In this document: in pieces, positions 18,412 through 29,890 of the stretch
How positions within the stretch are numbered: position 1 is the stretch's first letter
Layout of the letters: every line of letters starts with the position of its first letter
NCBI GenBank assembly: GCA_009695045.1
Contig: SIBS01000003.1
Location: 10,561 to 74,560, forward strand
DNA length: 64,000 bases
Direction of reading: 5' to 3'
Origin: Candidatus Levyibacteriota bacterium
GTDB taxonomy: Bacteria > Patescibacteriota > Microgenomatia > Levybacterales > UBA12049
Made by a program: the position numbers and the translations under genes
The notes under the pieces: model-generated
Database searches by the model: none
The model's input: only the letters and a program-made list of their open reading frames with translations
Told to the model about the DNA's origin: nothing

Positions 18412-19614
18412 ATGATACAAAACTTAAAAGGATTTCGGGATTTTTTACCAAAAACGGCACTAAAGCGACAATGGCTCAAGGAAAAGATAATTGAGGTGTT
18501 TGAATTATGGGGATACGACCCAATGGAGACACCGACACTTGAACCATTGGAGCTTTTTGCTGGACAAATAGGAGAAGATGAAAAACTTTTCTTTAAATTC
18601 AAAGACAATGGTGGTCGCGATGTTGCGCTTAGATATGATCAAACAGTTCCAGCGTGCAGAGTCGTTGGACAATATAATAGTACCTTAATCTCTCCGTTTA
18701 AAAGGTATCAAATACAGCCAGCATTTCGTGCAGAAAATCCACAAAAAGGAAGATATAGAGAATTTCTACAATGCGATGCTGATATCTTTGGGATCGACTC
18801 TCCATTTGCTGATGCAGAAGTTATTGCTCTTTCACTGGATATTTATCGCCGACTTGGTTTTACTAATGCAAAAGCTCTTATCAATGATCGCTCTCTATTA
18901 AGAGATTTTCCCTATGAAGCGATTGTAGCAATAGATAAACTAAAAAAAATTGGTGAAAAAGGAGTTATAGCTGATATGGAAAAAAAAGGCATAACAAATG
19001 AAAAAGCAATGGAATATCTTAAAATTATTCCAAAATTAAAACCCAATGAAACAATCACTATTATTCTTGATTATCTTAAAAATAATGGATTCTCAGAAGA
19101 CTGGTATGAATTTGATCCAACAATTGCACGATCTTTCTCATATGCTACTGGACCAATATGGGAGATAGTTATACCTGGATTTAATGGTGGATCAGTTCTG
19201 GGCGGAGAAAGATTTGATAAGCTCATTGAGCAAGTTGCAGGAATTGATATTCCTGGAACAGGATTTGGCTTAGGATTTGATAGAACACTTGAGGCAATAG
19301 AACAATTTGGCCTACTTCCAGACATAAAAACGAAAACACAGGCATTGATAACTATTTTCGATATAAACTTAGCTAGTAAGTCAACTGAATTAGCGATGAA
19401 ATTTAGAAATAATAATATAAATACAGAACTATATGCAAATCCAAAAGCAAAACTAGATAAACAACTTAAATATGCTGACCAAAAAAATATTCCTTACATA
19501 ATAATCCTTGGCCCTGATGAATTAAAAAATAATACAATTACTTTAAAAAACCTTAAAACTCGCGAACAAGAAACTTCATCAATAGAAGATATTATAATAA
19601 AACTAAAGGCATGA
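18412..19614 (+). CDS. hisS: histidine--tRNA ligase
   Basis: KGFRDFLP, LRYDQTVP, RAENPQKGRYREFLQCDAD, GGERFD, anticodon-binding domain. Confidence 0.97.
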   Translation: MIQNLKGFRDFLPKTALKRQWLKEKIIEVFELWGYDPMETPTLEPLELFAGQIGEDEKLFFKFKDNGGRDVALRYDQTVPACRVVGQYNSTLISPFKRYQIQPAFRAENPQKGRYREFLQCDADIFGIDSPFADAEVIALSLDIYRRLGFTNAKALINDRSLLRDFPYEAIVAIDKLKKIGEKGVIADMEKKGITNEKAMEYLKIIPKLKPNETITIILDYLKNNGFSEDWYEFDPTIARSFSYATGPIWEIVIPGFNGGSVLGGERFDKLIEQVAGIDIPGTGFGLGFDRTLEAIEQFGLLPDIKTKTQALITIFDINLASKSTELAMKFRNNNINTELYANPKAKLDKQLKYADQKNIPYIIILGPDELKNNTITLKNLKTREQETSSIEDIIIKLKA

Positions 19615-19675
19615 ATAATCTCTATAATAAATTGATTAGATTGTGCATGGAAACAAAAAGATTATTTACCACCCA

Positions 19676-20587
19676 ATGAAATCAAACCACACTCTTGCTC
19701 TTGTAGCTCTTACTATTGCCTCAATAATCTGGGGAGCAACATCATCAATTATGAAACTCACGCTTGAAATCGTACCACTTTTTTCACTCGGCGCAATACG
19801 ATTTTGTATTGCAGCAATTATCCTGCTACCATTTGCAATAACTAATTTACATATCAAGAGAAAACATATTTTACTTCTTATTTTTTCAGCTTTTTGCGGA
19901 ATTACTCTTCATATAAGTATTTTTTTCTGGGGACTTACTCTCACTTCTGCAATAAATTCAAGCATAATTACAGCAACCATTCCCCTATTTACAATTTTTA
20001 TAGCACATAGATTTTTAAGGGAGTCATTAAAAATGAATATATTATTTGGTGCAATACTTGGGCTATTTGGAATTTTAATAATAATTGGAAAAGATATTAT
20101 TCAGGGCATAAATTTATCGCCTACTGGCGACTTTCTACTTCTATTTTCTACTTTCTTATTTATTTTATACGAGATTATGAGTAAGGAATTATTTGCTAAT
20201 TATAAACCTATTCCTATAACTTTCTATGGATTTGTTATTGGGGGCATTTCTTTTCTACCTGGCGCTTTATTAGATTGGCAAAGAAATCCCTTATGGATAT
20301 CTGCGGTAAGAACAGAGCATATATTTGGAATATTATTTGGGATAATATTTTCATCTGTCTTAGCATACTCTTTATGGCAATGGGGACTTTCACAGCTAAC
20401 AGCATCTAGGGTAGGATTTTTCTTCTATATTAATCCTATTGTTGGAACAATTACTGCAGTCTTACTCCTAAATGAGCAGATTACCCCCAGCTTCATGGTG
20501 GGAGCTATTTTTATATTTGCAGGTCTTTTATTAGCTGAAGGAACTTTTAATTTTTATCCGTTTAAAAAAACTCTTAAATCTCAATAA
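19676..20587 (+). CDS. DMT/EamA family transporter
   Basis: 10 TM, two EamA repeats (IWG...RF, FLRE, LLNE). Confidence 0.85.
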   Translation: MKSNHTLALVALTIASIIWGATSSIMKLTLEIVPLFSLGAIRFCIAAIILLPFAITNLHIKRKHILLLIFSAFCGITLHISIFFWGLTLTSAINSSIITATIPLFTIFIAHRFLRESLKMNILFGAILGLFGILIIIGKDIIQGINLSPTGDFLLLFSTFLFILYEIMSKELFANYKPIPITFYGFVIGGISFLPGALLDWQRNPLWISAVRTEHIFGILFGIIFSSVLAYSLWQWGLSQLTASRVGFFFYINPIVGTITAVLLLNEQITPSFMVGAIFIFAGLLLAEGTFNFYPFKKTLKSQ

Positions 20588-20684
20588 TTATTTAATTATA
20601 TAAACTAATTGATAATAATTTATTACATAGTTTATAGGAGCGATAGATTGTCTTAGCCTAACAAATAGTGTATAATTACATCAA

Positions 20685-20975
20685 ATGAAAGCAAATACGC
20701 ATCCACAATTTTTTGAAACATCAGTTAGCTGTGCCTGTGGAAATGAATTTACAATTGGCTCTACTATAGAAAAAATACATATTGAATTATGCAATAAATG
20801 TCATCCATTTTATACGGGAGAACAACGATTTGTTGATACAGCCTCTCTAATTCAGAAATATCAAAGCAAAAAAGAAAAAGCAGAAGTATATCAGGCACAA
20901 AAAATTGAGAAAACTGAAAAGAAAAAGAAAGATAATTCTCCCAAAACCCTCAGAGAGATGCTTTTAGAATCATAA
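20685..20975 (+). CDS. rpmE: 50S ribosomal protein bL31 (Zn-binding type)
   Basis: MKANTHP, CACG, CNKCHPFYTG; promoter TTGTCT-17-TATAAT ends 8 nt before ATG. Confidence 0.95.
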   Translation: MKANTHPQFFETSVSCACGNEFTIGSTIEKIHIELCNKCHPFYTGEQRFVDTASLIQKYQSKKEKAEVYQAQKIEKTEKKKKDNSPKTLREMLLES

Positions 20976-21008
20976 GCATATAAGCTATAATCTTCATAGG
21001 TATTTATT

Positions 21009-21932
21009 ATGGATGACTATCGATATACCCTAATTACAGAGTTAGAAAAAAAAATTGAAGAAACTAAAGCACTTCTAATAGATCCTCAACTTGATGAACT
21101 TGCTAATCAAGAAATTACTGAACTTGAAAAACAAAAGAAAATAATAGAACAGAGCATTGAGTCAACATATGGCGATGAAGAAGAAGTGTCTCTTGATGAA
21201 CGCAATATCATATTTGAACTAAGTGGAGCAGCTGGAGGCGAAGAAGCAAAACTATGGGCAGATGAATTACTTCGCATGTATACTCGATTCGCACAAATGC
21301 ATGGCTTTAAGGTAGAGCAGTTAGACGATAATATTATAAAAATTTCAGGGAAAAAAGCATTTGCAACATTCAAATACGAAGCTGGCGTTCACAGAGTTCA
21401 GAGAGTCCCAAAAACAGAAAAAAGAGGTAGAATTCATACATCTACTGCTACGGTCTCTATCCTACCAGAGCTTGAAGACATAGACCTACATGTTAACCCA
21501 GATGATATTGACTTTGAAGCTTTTAGAAGTGGCGGACATGGAGGACAAAATGTAAATAAGGTTTCAACAGCAGTAAGATTAACGCATAGACCAAGCGGAA
21601 TCGTAGTAACATGCCAAACAGAACGTTTTCAGGTACAAAATAGAGAGATTGCAATGAAGATGATTAGAGCAAAACTATGGGAAATAGAAGTTACAAAACA
21701 ACAAACTGAGCTTGCGGAAATCAAACTTACACAAGTTGGCAGAGGTATGAGATCTGAAAAGATACGCACATATAATTTTCCTCAAGATAGGCTTACTGAT
21801 CATAGAATTGGTGAATCTTGGTTTAATCTACCATCAATTCTAGAAGGCAACTTAGACGAAATAATATCAACTATGAAAAAACATGAAGCAGATAATTTGA
21901 AGACTGTTAATACTACTATCCTAGATTCATAA
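21009..21932 (+). CDS. prfA: peptide chain release factor 1 (short N-terminus)
   Basis: [14 protein letters not shown] (PxT motif), [30 protein letters not shown]. Confidence 0.93.
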   Translation: MDDYRYTLITELEKKIEETKALLIDPQLDELANQEITELEKQKKIIEQSIESTYGDEEEVSLDERNIIFELSGAAGGEEAKLWADELLRMYTRFAQMHGFKVEQLDDNIIKISGKKAFATFKYEAGVHRVQRVPKTEKRGRIHTSTATVSILPELEDIDLHVNPDDIDFEAFRSGGHGGQNVNKVSTAVRLTHRPSGIVVTCQTERFQVQNREIAMKMIRAKLWEIEVTKQQTELAEIKLTQVGRGMRSEKIRTYNFPQDRLTDHRIGESWFNLPSILEGNLDEIISTMKKHEADNLKTVNTTILDS

Positions 21933-23589
21933 AGTCTTGAGATTTAAATTTTTCTACCTTATCTAAATTATCACCGTTAATAATTTTAGCCAGATGCATT
22001 CCCCCTGACAGATGTGGCATTACTACATAATCTGCTCCTGCTTCATATAGTTCTCTTGCTTCCTCAGACTCGTATGCAACAACTATTATTTTTGCTCTTC
22101 TATTTTCTTTATTCATTTTTTTAATTAAAGCAATATTATCATCCATATCATTAATTGTTGAAATTACGAGACGAGCTGTTTTTAGCTGCACTTTTTCTTG
22201 CACATCAATATCTAAAATATCGCCAAGAAGATGTGTAATATTTTTTTGCTTTAATGAATTAATAATATTTGGATCAAAATCTACAACAATTATTTGTTCA
22301 CCATTTTTCTCCAAAGAACGTAGAATTGTGCCACCCATTTGATGACCACCTATAAGAACTATATGATTTTTTAACTCTCCTAAATCATCATACTTCTCCA
22401 CAACATGTTCTTTCCATTGAGGAATTATAAAAAAAGATTCTAAAAATTTATAGACAATATTTGTATTTTGAATAAGTGAACTCGATATTCCGAAAGATAT
22501 AATTGAAACTATAATTATAAGCGATATGACTTCCACAGAAATATGTCCTAATTTATTACCAAAAAAAAGAATTGTCAAACTAAATTCAGATACCTGCCCT
22601 ATTGAAATACCAGAAAAAAAAGAGGTACGCTTTCTAAACCCTAGTCCGCCTAAGATAAAGCTAAGGATATAGGGTTTTAATAAAATTACAAAGATAGAAA
22701 AAATGATTGCAGGAATTAAAATAACTTCTAAATTTTTGAAGGATGATTCAAAGCCTAAAAGAACAAAAAAGATTGTAATAAAAAAATCTCGAAGAGGCCT
22801 TATTTTACCCATTATCTGAAAGTTATGAGGAAAACTTGCTAAAGATAATCCAGCTAAAAATCCGCCCATTTCTATAGAAAAACCAAATAATGGTGAGCTA
22901 ATTATGCCAACAACCCCAAAAACCCATGCTAAACTAAAAAGAAATAATGTCTCCGTTGATTTTGCTGCAATACGAATAATCCAAGGCAATATAGTCTTAC
23001 TGATAAGATAAATCCAAGCTATAAAAAGACATCCTTTCCCTATCACAATCAATATATATATTGGGTCAATTTTTGTTGATTTTGAAAAAGCAGATAGGCC
23101 CATGAGAATAATTACTGCTGCAAAATCCTGAATGAGCAAAATTGATATTGATATTTTTCCATATAAACTAGTTAAATCTTTTTTATCTGATAATAATTTG
23201 ACTATCATTATGGTGCTTGAAAACGTTAAAGCAATTGCAATATAGGATGATACTATTGCAGAAAAACCAAGAAGTGTAGCTAAATAAAATCCAGCTAAAA
23301 AAGTAATTAGTACTTGTCCTAGTCCAGCAAGAATTGCCGTGGGACCAATAGATCGAAAATCATCCAATTTCAGTTCTAGACCTACCATAAAGAGCATCAG
23401 TGTAATACCAACCTGCGCAAAAGAACGAAGTGATTCTACATCATGTAATTTAATTATGGAAATTGGACCTAAAATAATCCCAGTTGCAATATAGGCTAAG
23501 ATTAATGGTTGTCGAATAGATCGAAGAAAAATTGCAAATAATGAAGCTATAATAATAATAATTGCAACATCTATAAAAACATCACCCAT
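21916..23589 (-). CDS. CPA2/Kef-type cation:proton antiporter with TrkA-N domain
   Basis: [34 protein letters not shown]-terminal KTN domain ending AGADYVVMP; start moved to MGDVF. Confidence 0.9.
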   Translation of the reverse strand: MGDVFIDVAIIIIIASLFAIFLRSIRQPLILAYIATGIILGPISIIKLHDVESLRSFAQVGITLMLFMVGLELKLDDFRSIGPTAILAGLGQVLITFLAGFYLATLLGFSAIVSSYIAIALTFSSTIMIVKLLSDKKDLTSLYGKISISILLIQDFAAVIILMGLSAFSKSTKIDPIYILIVIGKGCLFIAWIYLISKTILPWIIRIAAKSTETLFLFSLAWVFGVVGIISSPLFGFSIEMGGFLAGLSLASFPHNFQIMGKIRPLRDFFITIFFVLLGFESSFKNLEVILIPAIIFSIFVILLKPYILSFILGGLGFRKRTSFFSGISIGQVSEFSLTILFFGNKLGHISVEVISLIIIVSIISFGISSSLIQNTNIVYKFLESFFIIPQWKEHVVEKYDDLGELKNHIVLIGGHQMGGTILRSLEKNGEQIIVVDFDPNIINSLKQKNITHLLGDILDIDVQEKVQLKTARLVISTINDMDDNIALIKKMNKENRRAKIIVVAYESEEARELYEAGADYVVMPHLSGGMHLAKIINGDNLDKVEKFKSQDFMNLG

Positions 23590-23702
23590 CGTATAATTAT
23601 GAGATATAAAGAAGTAAGTATCAAGTAGAAAATTAGAATATAAAAATAATTGATATATTATCAAGCATTAAATGTATTTTCTATAAAATTAACTACTGAT
23701 AA

Positions 23703-24956
23703 TTATTTAACTAATTCTCCAATTGCTTTCTCAAGCTGAATATCATGAGAAGGATCTACTTGGTCATAATCAACTGATAAATCGGGTACAAGTCCCTTGC
23801 CATGAACCCATGTACCATTTGGCGTGAGCCATTTTGCAATCGTTACATGTAGACCTGCACCACCGCCTAGATCTTCTGCTTGCTGAATAGTACCCTTACC
23901 AAATGAGATTGTCCCAACTAATGTTGCCCTTTTATGATCTCTTAATGCCCCAGCAACTATTTCGCTTGCTGATGCTGATCCCTTGTTAAGAATTATAACA
24001 ATCTTTTCCTTAGTAAAAAGACCGTTACGATCTACGGAAAAATTAATTTTCTCACCATTTCCCTTATCTTGGGTTACCACAACTCCACTCTTAAGAAATT
24101 CAGAAGCAACAAATGTTGCATCAGAGAGATATCCTCCTGGATTATTTCTAAGATCAAATACAATTCCTTTTATATTTAATTTTTTAGATTCAGCTGATAA
24201 TTTTTTAACAACACCAAACCATTCCTGATTGGTATTATCTCCAAATTGAGAAAGACTAATATACATAATTGAATCATTTACTGAAAGATTATCTTTTTTT
24301 ATTCCATCTATATCTTTGATATTTTTTACCCAACCATTAACACTTTTTATAGTAATTGTATCCCGCTTTATACTAATATCCTTTGTTAGCTCATCAATTT
24401 TTCTAAATATAGTTAGAGTTACATTGGTTCCCTTAGGACCCCTTATCTTATCTACCGCCTGTGAAAGAGTCCAATCATATATTGGCTTATTATCAATCTT
24501 TACTATGGTATCACCTGCTTTTATTCCTGCCTTAATTGCGGGACTACCAGCTAATGGAGCAATTACAATAATTTGTTTATCTTTAATCCCTAGCGATGCA
24601 CCTATTCCCTCAAATTGACCTGCAAGACCCTGTTTAAAATCATCATTTTGCTTTGGTGGCAAATAAACTGTGTATGGGTCATCAAGAGACTGAAGCATTC
24701 CAGCAATTGCTGAATTTACCATTTTTTGATGATTTAAAGATTTCTTATTATAGTATGTTTCTTCTATCTTTTTCCATACCACCCAAAATTGAGAAAAATC
24801 AACATTGCCAATTACGGATGGGGCTTCTTTATTTTCAACGGATATAGATGAGCTACTTTTTTTCCATCCCAACTTTACTTCAGAAGTGCCGACATTATAT
24901 CCTACAAAAAATGATATTAAAACAATAATGAGAAATTGAAGACTTCTTATTTTCAT
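23703..24956 (-). CDS. ctpA: S41 C-terminal processing peptidase with PDZ domain
   Basis: LDDPYT, FEGIGA, DLRNNPGGYL, SASASEIVAGAL, FGKGTIQ; real start MKIRSLQ at 24956. Confidence 0.92.
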   Translation of the reverse strand: MKIRSLQFLIIVLISFFVGYNVGTSEVKLGWKKSSSSISVENKEAPSVIGNVDFSQFWVVWKKIEETYYNKKSLNHQKMVNSAIAGMLQSLDDPYTVYLPPKQNDDFKQGLAGQFEGIGASLGIKDKQIIVIAPLAGSPAIKAGIKAGDTIVKIDNKPIYDWTLSQAVDKIRGPKGTNVTLTIFRKIDELTKDISIKRDTITIKSVNGWVKNIKDIDGIKKDNLSVNDSIMYISLSQFGDNTNQEWFGVVKKLSAESKKLNIKGIVFDLRNNPGGYLSDATFVASEFLKSGVVVTQDKGNGEKINFSVDRNGLFTKEKIVIILNKGSASASEIVAGALRDHKRATLVGTISFGKGTIQQAEDLGGGAGLHVTIAKWLTPNGTWVHGKGLVPDLSVDYDQVDPSHDIQLEKAIGELVK

Positions 24957-24982
24957 TAAATCAAGAAATTTTATTCTGGAGA

Positions 24983-25228
24983 CTAAACTCTTACTACAAA
25001 AGGTAAAAGAGCTAGGTGTCTTGCGTGCTTTACGGATGACGTTAATCGTCTTTGATGCTTTGCGCAAATTCCAGATCTACTTCTTGGAATAATCTTACCA
25101 CGTTCTGTAACAAATCTTTGTAAGACTTCTACTTCTGAAAACCATGGCAATTTTTTTTCTTCACAGAAGCTACATTTCTTTGGTACTATCATTCTCTTTG
25201 GTCGCCTCATTGGTCTCTTTGGTTTCAT
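24983..25228 (-). CDS. rpsR: 30S ribosomal protein bS18
   Basis: CSFC, ERGKIIPR, CAKHQR, ARHLALLPF. Confidence 0.95.
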   Translation of the reverse strand: MKPKRPMRRPKRMIVPKKCSFCEEKKLPWFSEVEVLQRFVTERGKIIPRSRSGICAKHQRRLTSSVKHARHLALLPFVVRV

Positions 25229-25284
25229 AAATTTTACTCCTTATTATTTAATATTTTTATGATCTATTTCAGAATATCTATGTT

Positions 25285-25794
25285 TTAAAATGGTATATCA
25301 TCTGGTACAACATCTTCATTTCTTGAGGGAGCTACTTTACCCTCTTTTAATTCTACTTTAGATTTAGATAAATTCGTTTTATCATTTTTAATTTCTTCAG
25401 AAACAACTTGAGAAGATGAATTAACTCCTTGTGATTCCACTTCTCCAGCATCTTCTGGGCGTCTACTATCCAAAAGAACCATATCCTCTATTATTATCTC
25501 TGTTGCATTTTTTTGCTGTCCATCTTGTGATGTCCATGTTCTAGTGGTAAGCCTTCCTTCCACGTAAACTTTTCTTCCCTTAGCTAAATACTGACTACAC
25601 AGCTCGCTCAATTTACCCCATGCAACAATTCTGTGATATTCTACTTCTTCATGCTTTTCTCCATCTTCTGTTGTCCAATTTCTATTGGTTGCAATAGAAA
25701 AAGAACAAACAGCTTTTCCTGTTGGCGTATAACGAAGTTCAGGATCGCGTGTAAGATTACCTATCAATTGAACCTTATTTAAACTTTTTGCCAT
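25285..25794 (-). CDS. ssb: single-stranded DNA-binding protein
   Basis: LNKVQLIGNLTRDPELRYTP, DDIPF tail. Confidence 0.97.
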   Translation of the reverse strand: MAKSLNKVQLIGNLTRDPELRYTPTGKAVCSFSIATNRNWTTEDGEKHEEVEYHRIVAWGKLSELCSQYLAKGRKVYVEGRLTTRTWTSQDGQQKNATEIIIEDMVLLDSRRPEDAGEVESQGVNSSSQVVSEEIKNDKTNLSKSKVELKEGKVAPSRNEDVVPDDIPF

Positions 25795-25806
25795 TTTGTT
25801 ATTATA

Positions 25807-26109
25807 TTATTTTTTTCTCACAAGTAAGTGTCTTAAAATATCTTCATTTCCCATTATTCTCTTTTCAAAATCCTTAGGAATTCCACCAGTCCCTATTCCA
25901 ACTGAGGGAAGATCTGAATCAAGTAAATAATCTACATAAAACCCAGAATTTTCTTTCTTAATAGCATAAGCTAAGGGTTTTTGTCCCCATTCACTTTCTT
26001 TTGCTACTCTTACTTCTCTTAGCCACGATTTTACTGTCTCTAGTAATTTATTTCTTTTTGCTTCAACCAAAGATGATCGTAGCACTAAAACTAATTCGTA
26101 TTGTCGCAT
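25807..26109 (-). CDS. rpsF: 30S ribosomal protein bS6
   Basis: MRQYEL, WGQKPLAYAIKK, ILRHLLV; rpsF-ssb-rpsR order. Confidence 0.93.
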   Translation of the reverse strand: MRQYELVLVLRSSLVEAKRNKLLETVKSWLREVRVAKESEWGQKPLAYAIKKENSGFYVDYLLDSDLPSVGIGTGGIPKDFEKRIMGNEDILRHLLVRKK

Positions 26110-26169
26110 TGGATAGATTATTGCATACAAGGCTAAAAAATACAAGAGGCACGAATTTAAAAATACTTT

Positions 26170-27273
26170 TTATGATCCTATCCTAAACTCCACCACGTCA
26201 CCATCTTTAAATATGTAATCTTTTCCTTCAAATCTTGCTTTACCGACTTCCCTGCTACCTTTCCATCCATTATTAACAATGAAATCAGAAAAGGAAACAA
26301 TTTCTGCCTTAATAAACTTCTTTATAAAATCTGTGTGTATAACGCCAGCTGCATCTACTGCTTTAATACCAATTGGAATAGTCCACGCTCGAACTTCTTT
26401 TTCACCAGCAGTCAAAAAAGATATAAGACCTAATGCCTCATATGCTTTTTTTATAACACGTTCAAGGCCAGATTGACTAATACCAATTCCCAGTAAATAT
26501 TCACCTTGCTCATGTATATCAAGCTCTGATAATTCTGATTCTACTTTTGCACAAACAACAGTAATTATATTTTTAGACACATCTAATATTTGACTATATT
26601 TTATAATCAATTCTGGAATTTTATCCTCAGTATAATCTTCTTCCGAAACATTCAGGACCAAAATTTCTCTTTTTGCAGATAGCAAAAATAATTGTTTTGA
26701 AAATGCCTGCTCTTCATCAGTTAGAGATACGCTTCTTGCTGGTATTCCAGCACTCAATGCTTTAAAAAGTTTTTCTATTGAATCTTTTTCTGATTGTAAT
26801 TGAAAACGCTTCATTTTACTCATTTGAACCTGCACGCTTGCTAGATCTGCCAACATGAGCTCCATTTCTATTGCTTGATAATCGTCTTTTGGCGAAATAC
26901 TTCCTTCCCGCATTACATTCTCATCAGAAAAAACACGCACAATATGACAGATAATATCTACCTCTCTTATATGTGATAAAAATTTATTACCTAATCCTGC
27001 ACCATTACTTGCGCCCTTTACAAGTCCAGCAATATCTAAAAATTCTACCGTTGCACACCTTATGGGTGGTAGCTGTGGAATTTTTTCTTCATTCTTAGTT
27101 ATTTCTGCAATCTTATCCAATCTATCATCCGGAACTGGCACTACTCCAACATTTGGCTCAATTGTTGCAAAAGGATAATTCGCAACCAAAGCTTGTTGCT
27201 TTTTTAGCAATGCATTAAATAACGTAGATTTTCCAATGTTTGGAAGACCAACTATTCCTACGGATAAATTCAT
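26170..27273 (-). CDS. ychF: redox-regulated ATPase YchF
   Basis: GIVGLPNIGKSTLFN, NYPFATIEPN, DIAGLV, TGS domain. Confidence 0.97.
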   Translation of the reverse strand: MNLSVGIVGLPNIGKSTLFNALLKKQQALVANYPFATIEPNVGVVPVPDDRLDKIAEITKNEEKIPQLPPIRCATVEFLDIAGLVKGASNGAGLGNKFLSHIREVDIICHIVRVFSDENVMREGSISPKDDYQAIEMELMLADLASVQVQMSKMKRFQLQSEKDSIEKLFKALSAGIPARSVSLTDEEQAFSKQLFLLSAKREILVLNVSEEDYTEDKIPELIIKYSQILDVSKNIITVVCAKVESELSELDIHEQGEYLLGIGISQSGLERVIKKAYEALGLISFLTAGEKEVRAWTIPIGIKAVDAAGVIHTDFIKKFIKAEIVSFSDFIVNNGWKGSREVGKARFEGKDYIFKDGDVVEFRIGS

Positions 27274-27501
27274 ATGTCGTGTTTAGGGTTGATAATAAAA
27301 ATAATCTCAATACTTCACCCCTATTATTTTATTTAAGAATAACTATATCAAACTAAGTCTTAATTAGCTTCTCTTTATTTTCATATTTTACATTATCTAA
27401 CATATTTTTGCTGCATAAAAATATCATCAATCTAAATACTGCCTAAGTTTATATTACTAGATTATGTTTTAATATTTTCAATCTTTTTTTAATAACACTA
27501 C

Positions 27502-28524
27502 TCATATGATTTCAATTACTCCTGTAAACATGCCCATTGAGCAGGCGAATCTAATCCTTCCTGTCTTTTTAGGAGTAAATGTAAACGTATAGGTTTCATT
27601 TACTTGTAAATTCTTACTTATACCAAGCGCTGGTATCCTAAATGCAGAAGCACAACTATAAACTTCTTTTCCGATGAGTTTTATGGTTACAAAAGATCCT
27701 TTCTTGATTCTTATATAGTTAGGTGAATATCCACTAGTGCTTACTATAATCTCGACAGATTGATTTACATAATCTTCAATATGCAATTTTTCTTCATTCC
27801 TTGGTGTTATATAAAGCCTAAAATTATCAATAAGTGTATGTGAATTTATAGGAAAATCCAACGCAATAAGCGCACCATTAATTGAAGAAATACCCAAATA
27901 AATCACTACTACAGCTGCCATCTTTAAGAATTTGCCTCTAAAACTATCTCCCAATATACTTGTTAACCACCCTATTCCAAAAAATAAAGGCATTGTTCCT
28001 AGTACAAATGCTGCCATAATTACAGCTCCTAAAAAGGGACTTGAAGTGCTTATTGCTAAAGCCTCTATGGCAAGCGTTGTTCCACAGGGAATTAAAATAG
28101 TCATCAGGCCTAATAAAGCAGGAGCAAATAGTTCTTTGCTTTTTGATTGATTCCTCACTCTTCTAGTTAAAAACTTTGGTGGCTGAATCACAGCATATCT
28201 AAATATTGGATGGATATTTAATAAATTAAGTGCAACAGCAATCATATATAATCCAGCTGCAAACTGCATTATTATTTGAGCTACTTGACTAATAGCAATA
28301 GCTCTTCCAAAAATTCCAAGCATAAAACCAAAAATAGTATAAATAATGAGTTTGGTTGCTAGAAATATAAGAGTAGGAAATACAGTATTTCTTTTATTTA
28401 TTCCCTTTTTTACTTCTTCACCTTCTTTAGCTGCAATTACTGAAGCAAGAAGTCCTCCTTGAACCGCTAAGCAAGTTAGTCCTCCTACTGTTAGTCCTGT
28501 TAAAAATACTGGCAATAAGTTCAT
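27502..28524 (-). CDS. DsbD_2/TauE-SafE-like membrane protein with C-terminal cupredoxin domain (copper-associated)
   Basis: GGLTCLAVQGG, LIPCG, FACSMGMFTG. Confidence 0.8.
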   Translation of the reverse strand: MNLLPVFLTGLTVGGLTCLAVQGGLLASVIAAKEGEEVKKGINKRNTVFPTLIFLATKLIIYTIFGFMLGIFGRAIAISQVAQIIMQFAAGLYMIAVALNLLNIHPIFRYAVIQPPKFLTRRVRNQSKSKELFAPALLGLMTILIPCGTTLAIEALAISTSSPFLGAVIMAAFVLGTMPLFFGIGWLTSILGDSFRGKFLKMAAVVVIYLGISSINGALIALDFPINSHTLIDNFRLYITPRNEEKLHIEDYVNQSVEIIVSTSGYSPNYIRIKKGSFVTIKLIGKEVYSCASAFRIPALGISKNLQVNETYTFTFTPKKTGRIRFACSMGMFTGVIEII

Positions 28525-28528
28525 ATAT

Positions 28529-29092
28529 TTATATTTTTGCTCTCTTTAATAATAATGAATTGCTAATGACTGATACTGATGATAATGCCATATATACCCC
28601 TGCAATAGCAGGACTAATCATGATTCCAATAAGTGGATACAACGCACCAGCCGCAATTGGAATACCAACAGTATTGTAAAAAAATGCCCAGAAAAGATTT
28701 TGTTTTATTACCCGCATGGTTACGCGAGCAAGCTTAATTGCTCTTGGCAACTTAGAGATATGACCACCAAGAAGCGTGATATCTGATGACTCTATAGCAA
28801 CATCAGTACCTTTTCCCATCGCAACGCCCACATCAGCAGTTGCCAAAGCTGGCGCATCATTGATACCGTCTCCGACCATCGCCACCCTAAAGCCCTCTTT
28901 TTGTAGTTTTTTTATTTCATTTGCCTTATCTACTGGAAGCACTTCAGCGATAACTCGATCAATTCCTACTTGTTTAGCAATATACTCAGCGGTTCTCATA
29001 TTATCTCCTGTAAGCATTGCAACCTTAATACCAAGCTTGTGAAGTGCCACAACTGTTTCTTTTGCATCATATTTTATAGTATCAGCTATGGC
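28529..29092 (-). pseudogene. copA: C-terminal fragment of a CopA-type P1B ATPase
   Basis: AIADTIK, MLTGDN, VGDGINDAPALA, QNLFWAFFYN, MALSSVSV; the A-domain, CPC and DKTGT portions are missing. Confidence 0.85.
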
Positions 29093-29158
29093 ATTATGAT
29101 CAGTATCAGCATCGTTATATCCTATATTTTCAGGAGTTTTATAAACCTCTCCATTATT

Positions 29159-29890
29159 CTACCACTTTGCTACAATAAACTTCTCATCAAATAATTCAAA
29201 CACCTGTAAATTCCAAGGACGAGGTGTATAATGAGATTCTCCCTTATCAAAGTCCCATTTCCAGTCAGCAAACAGTAAATCTATTTTGCCATCGTTATTT
29301 AAGTCAGTAACTTCTGTAAAATCAGTATCACCTACTATCGGAAATGATTGTGTTGTGTTTTTTAGTTTGTCGACTATGTTAATTGAAGGCTTAGGATCCT
29401 CGGAAAAAGGATAGCCTGCCACAGGTTTTATCTGCCCATCTTTATTTGAAAAAATAATTATCCCCTTGAAACCAGAACTTCCACCCCAGTTTATTTCCCA
29501 TACCCCAATAAAGTAATCCTTAACTGGTTTGAAATCATATAAATTAATATTATTTCCTCTATCAAATTTTCCATCAGATGCTTCTGTCGTAAAACTAATT
29601 TCATAAAGTGATTGTATTTTCTGAGTATTTAGGTCTTGTATTATTACAGACGGTGCAGCTTTTTCATCATAAGCACCATTTGATCCTTCCCCACAACAAG
29701 TTGTAGTTGATAGTGCAGAAGTAACTATAAAATTACCAGATGACCAAGATTTTAAAATGAATTTATCACTGTATTGTTCTCTAAGGAAGATAGATAAAAA
29801 CTGTTCCTTCTGAAATTGGTTCTTACTGAAATAGAAAAAGAATCCAACCGAGATTATTAGCAAAAATATCCATACTATTTTATTTTTCAT
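29159..29890 (-). CDS. exported hypothetical protein with an FG-GAP-like motif, probably truncated by a nonsense codon
   Basis: N-terminal TM; DLNNDGKIDLL; the frame stays open after TAG 29159 and runs into the copA fragment. Confidence 0.6.
   Translation of the reverse strand: MKNKIVWIFLLIISVGFFFYFSKNQFQKEQFLSIFLREQYSDKFILKSWSSGNFIVTSALSTTTCCGEGSNGAYDEKAAPSVIIQDLNTQKIQSLYEISFTTEASDGKFDRGNNINLYDFKPVKDYFIGVWEINWGGSSGFKGIIIFSNKDGQIKPVAGYPFSEDPKPSINIVDKLKNTTQSFPIVGDTDFTEVTDLNNDGKIDLLFADWKWDFDKGESHYTPRPWNLQVFELFDEKFIVAKW

Noticed and set aside
24957-25067. N-terminal extension of ctpA overlapping rpsR
   Set aside because: ORF-caller over-extension; the signal/TM segment begins at ATG 24956
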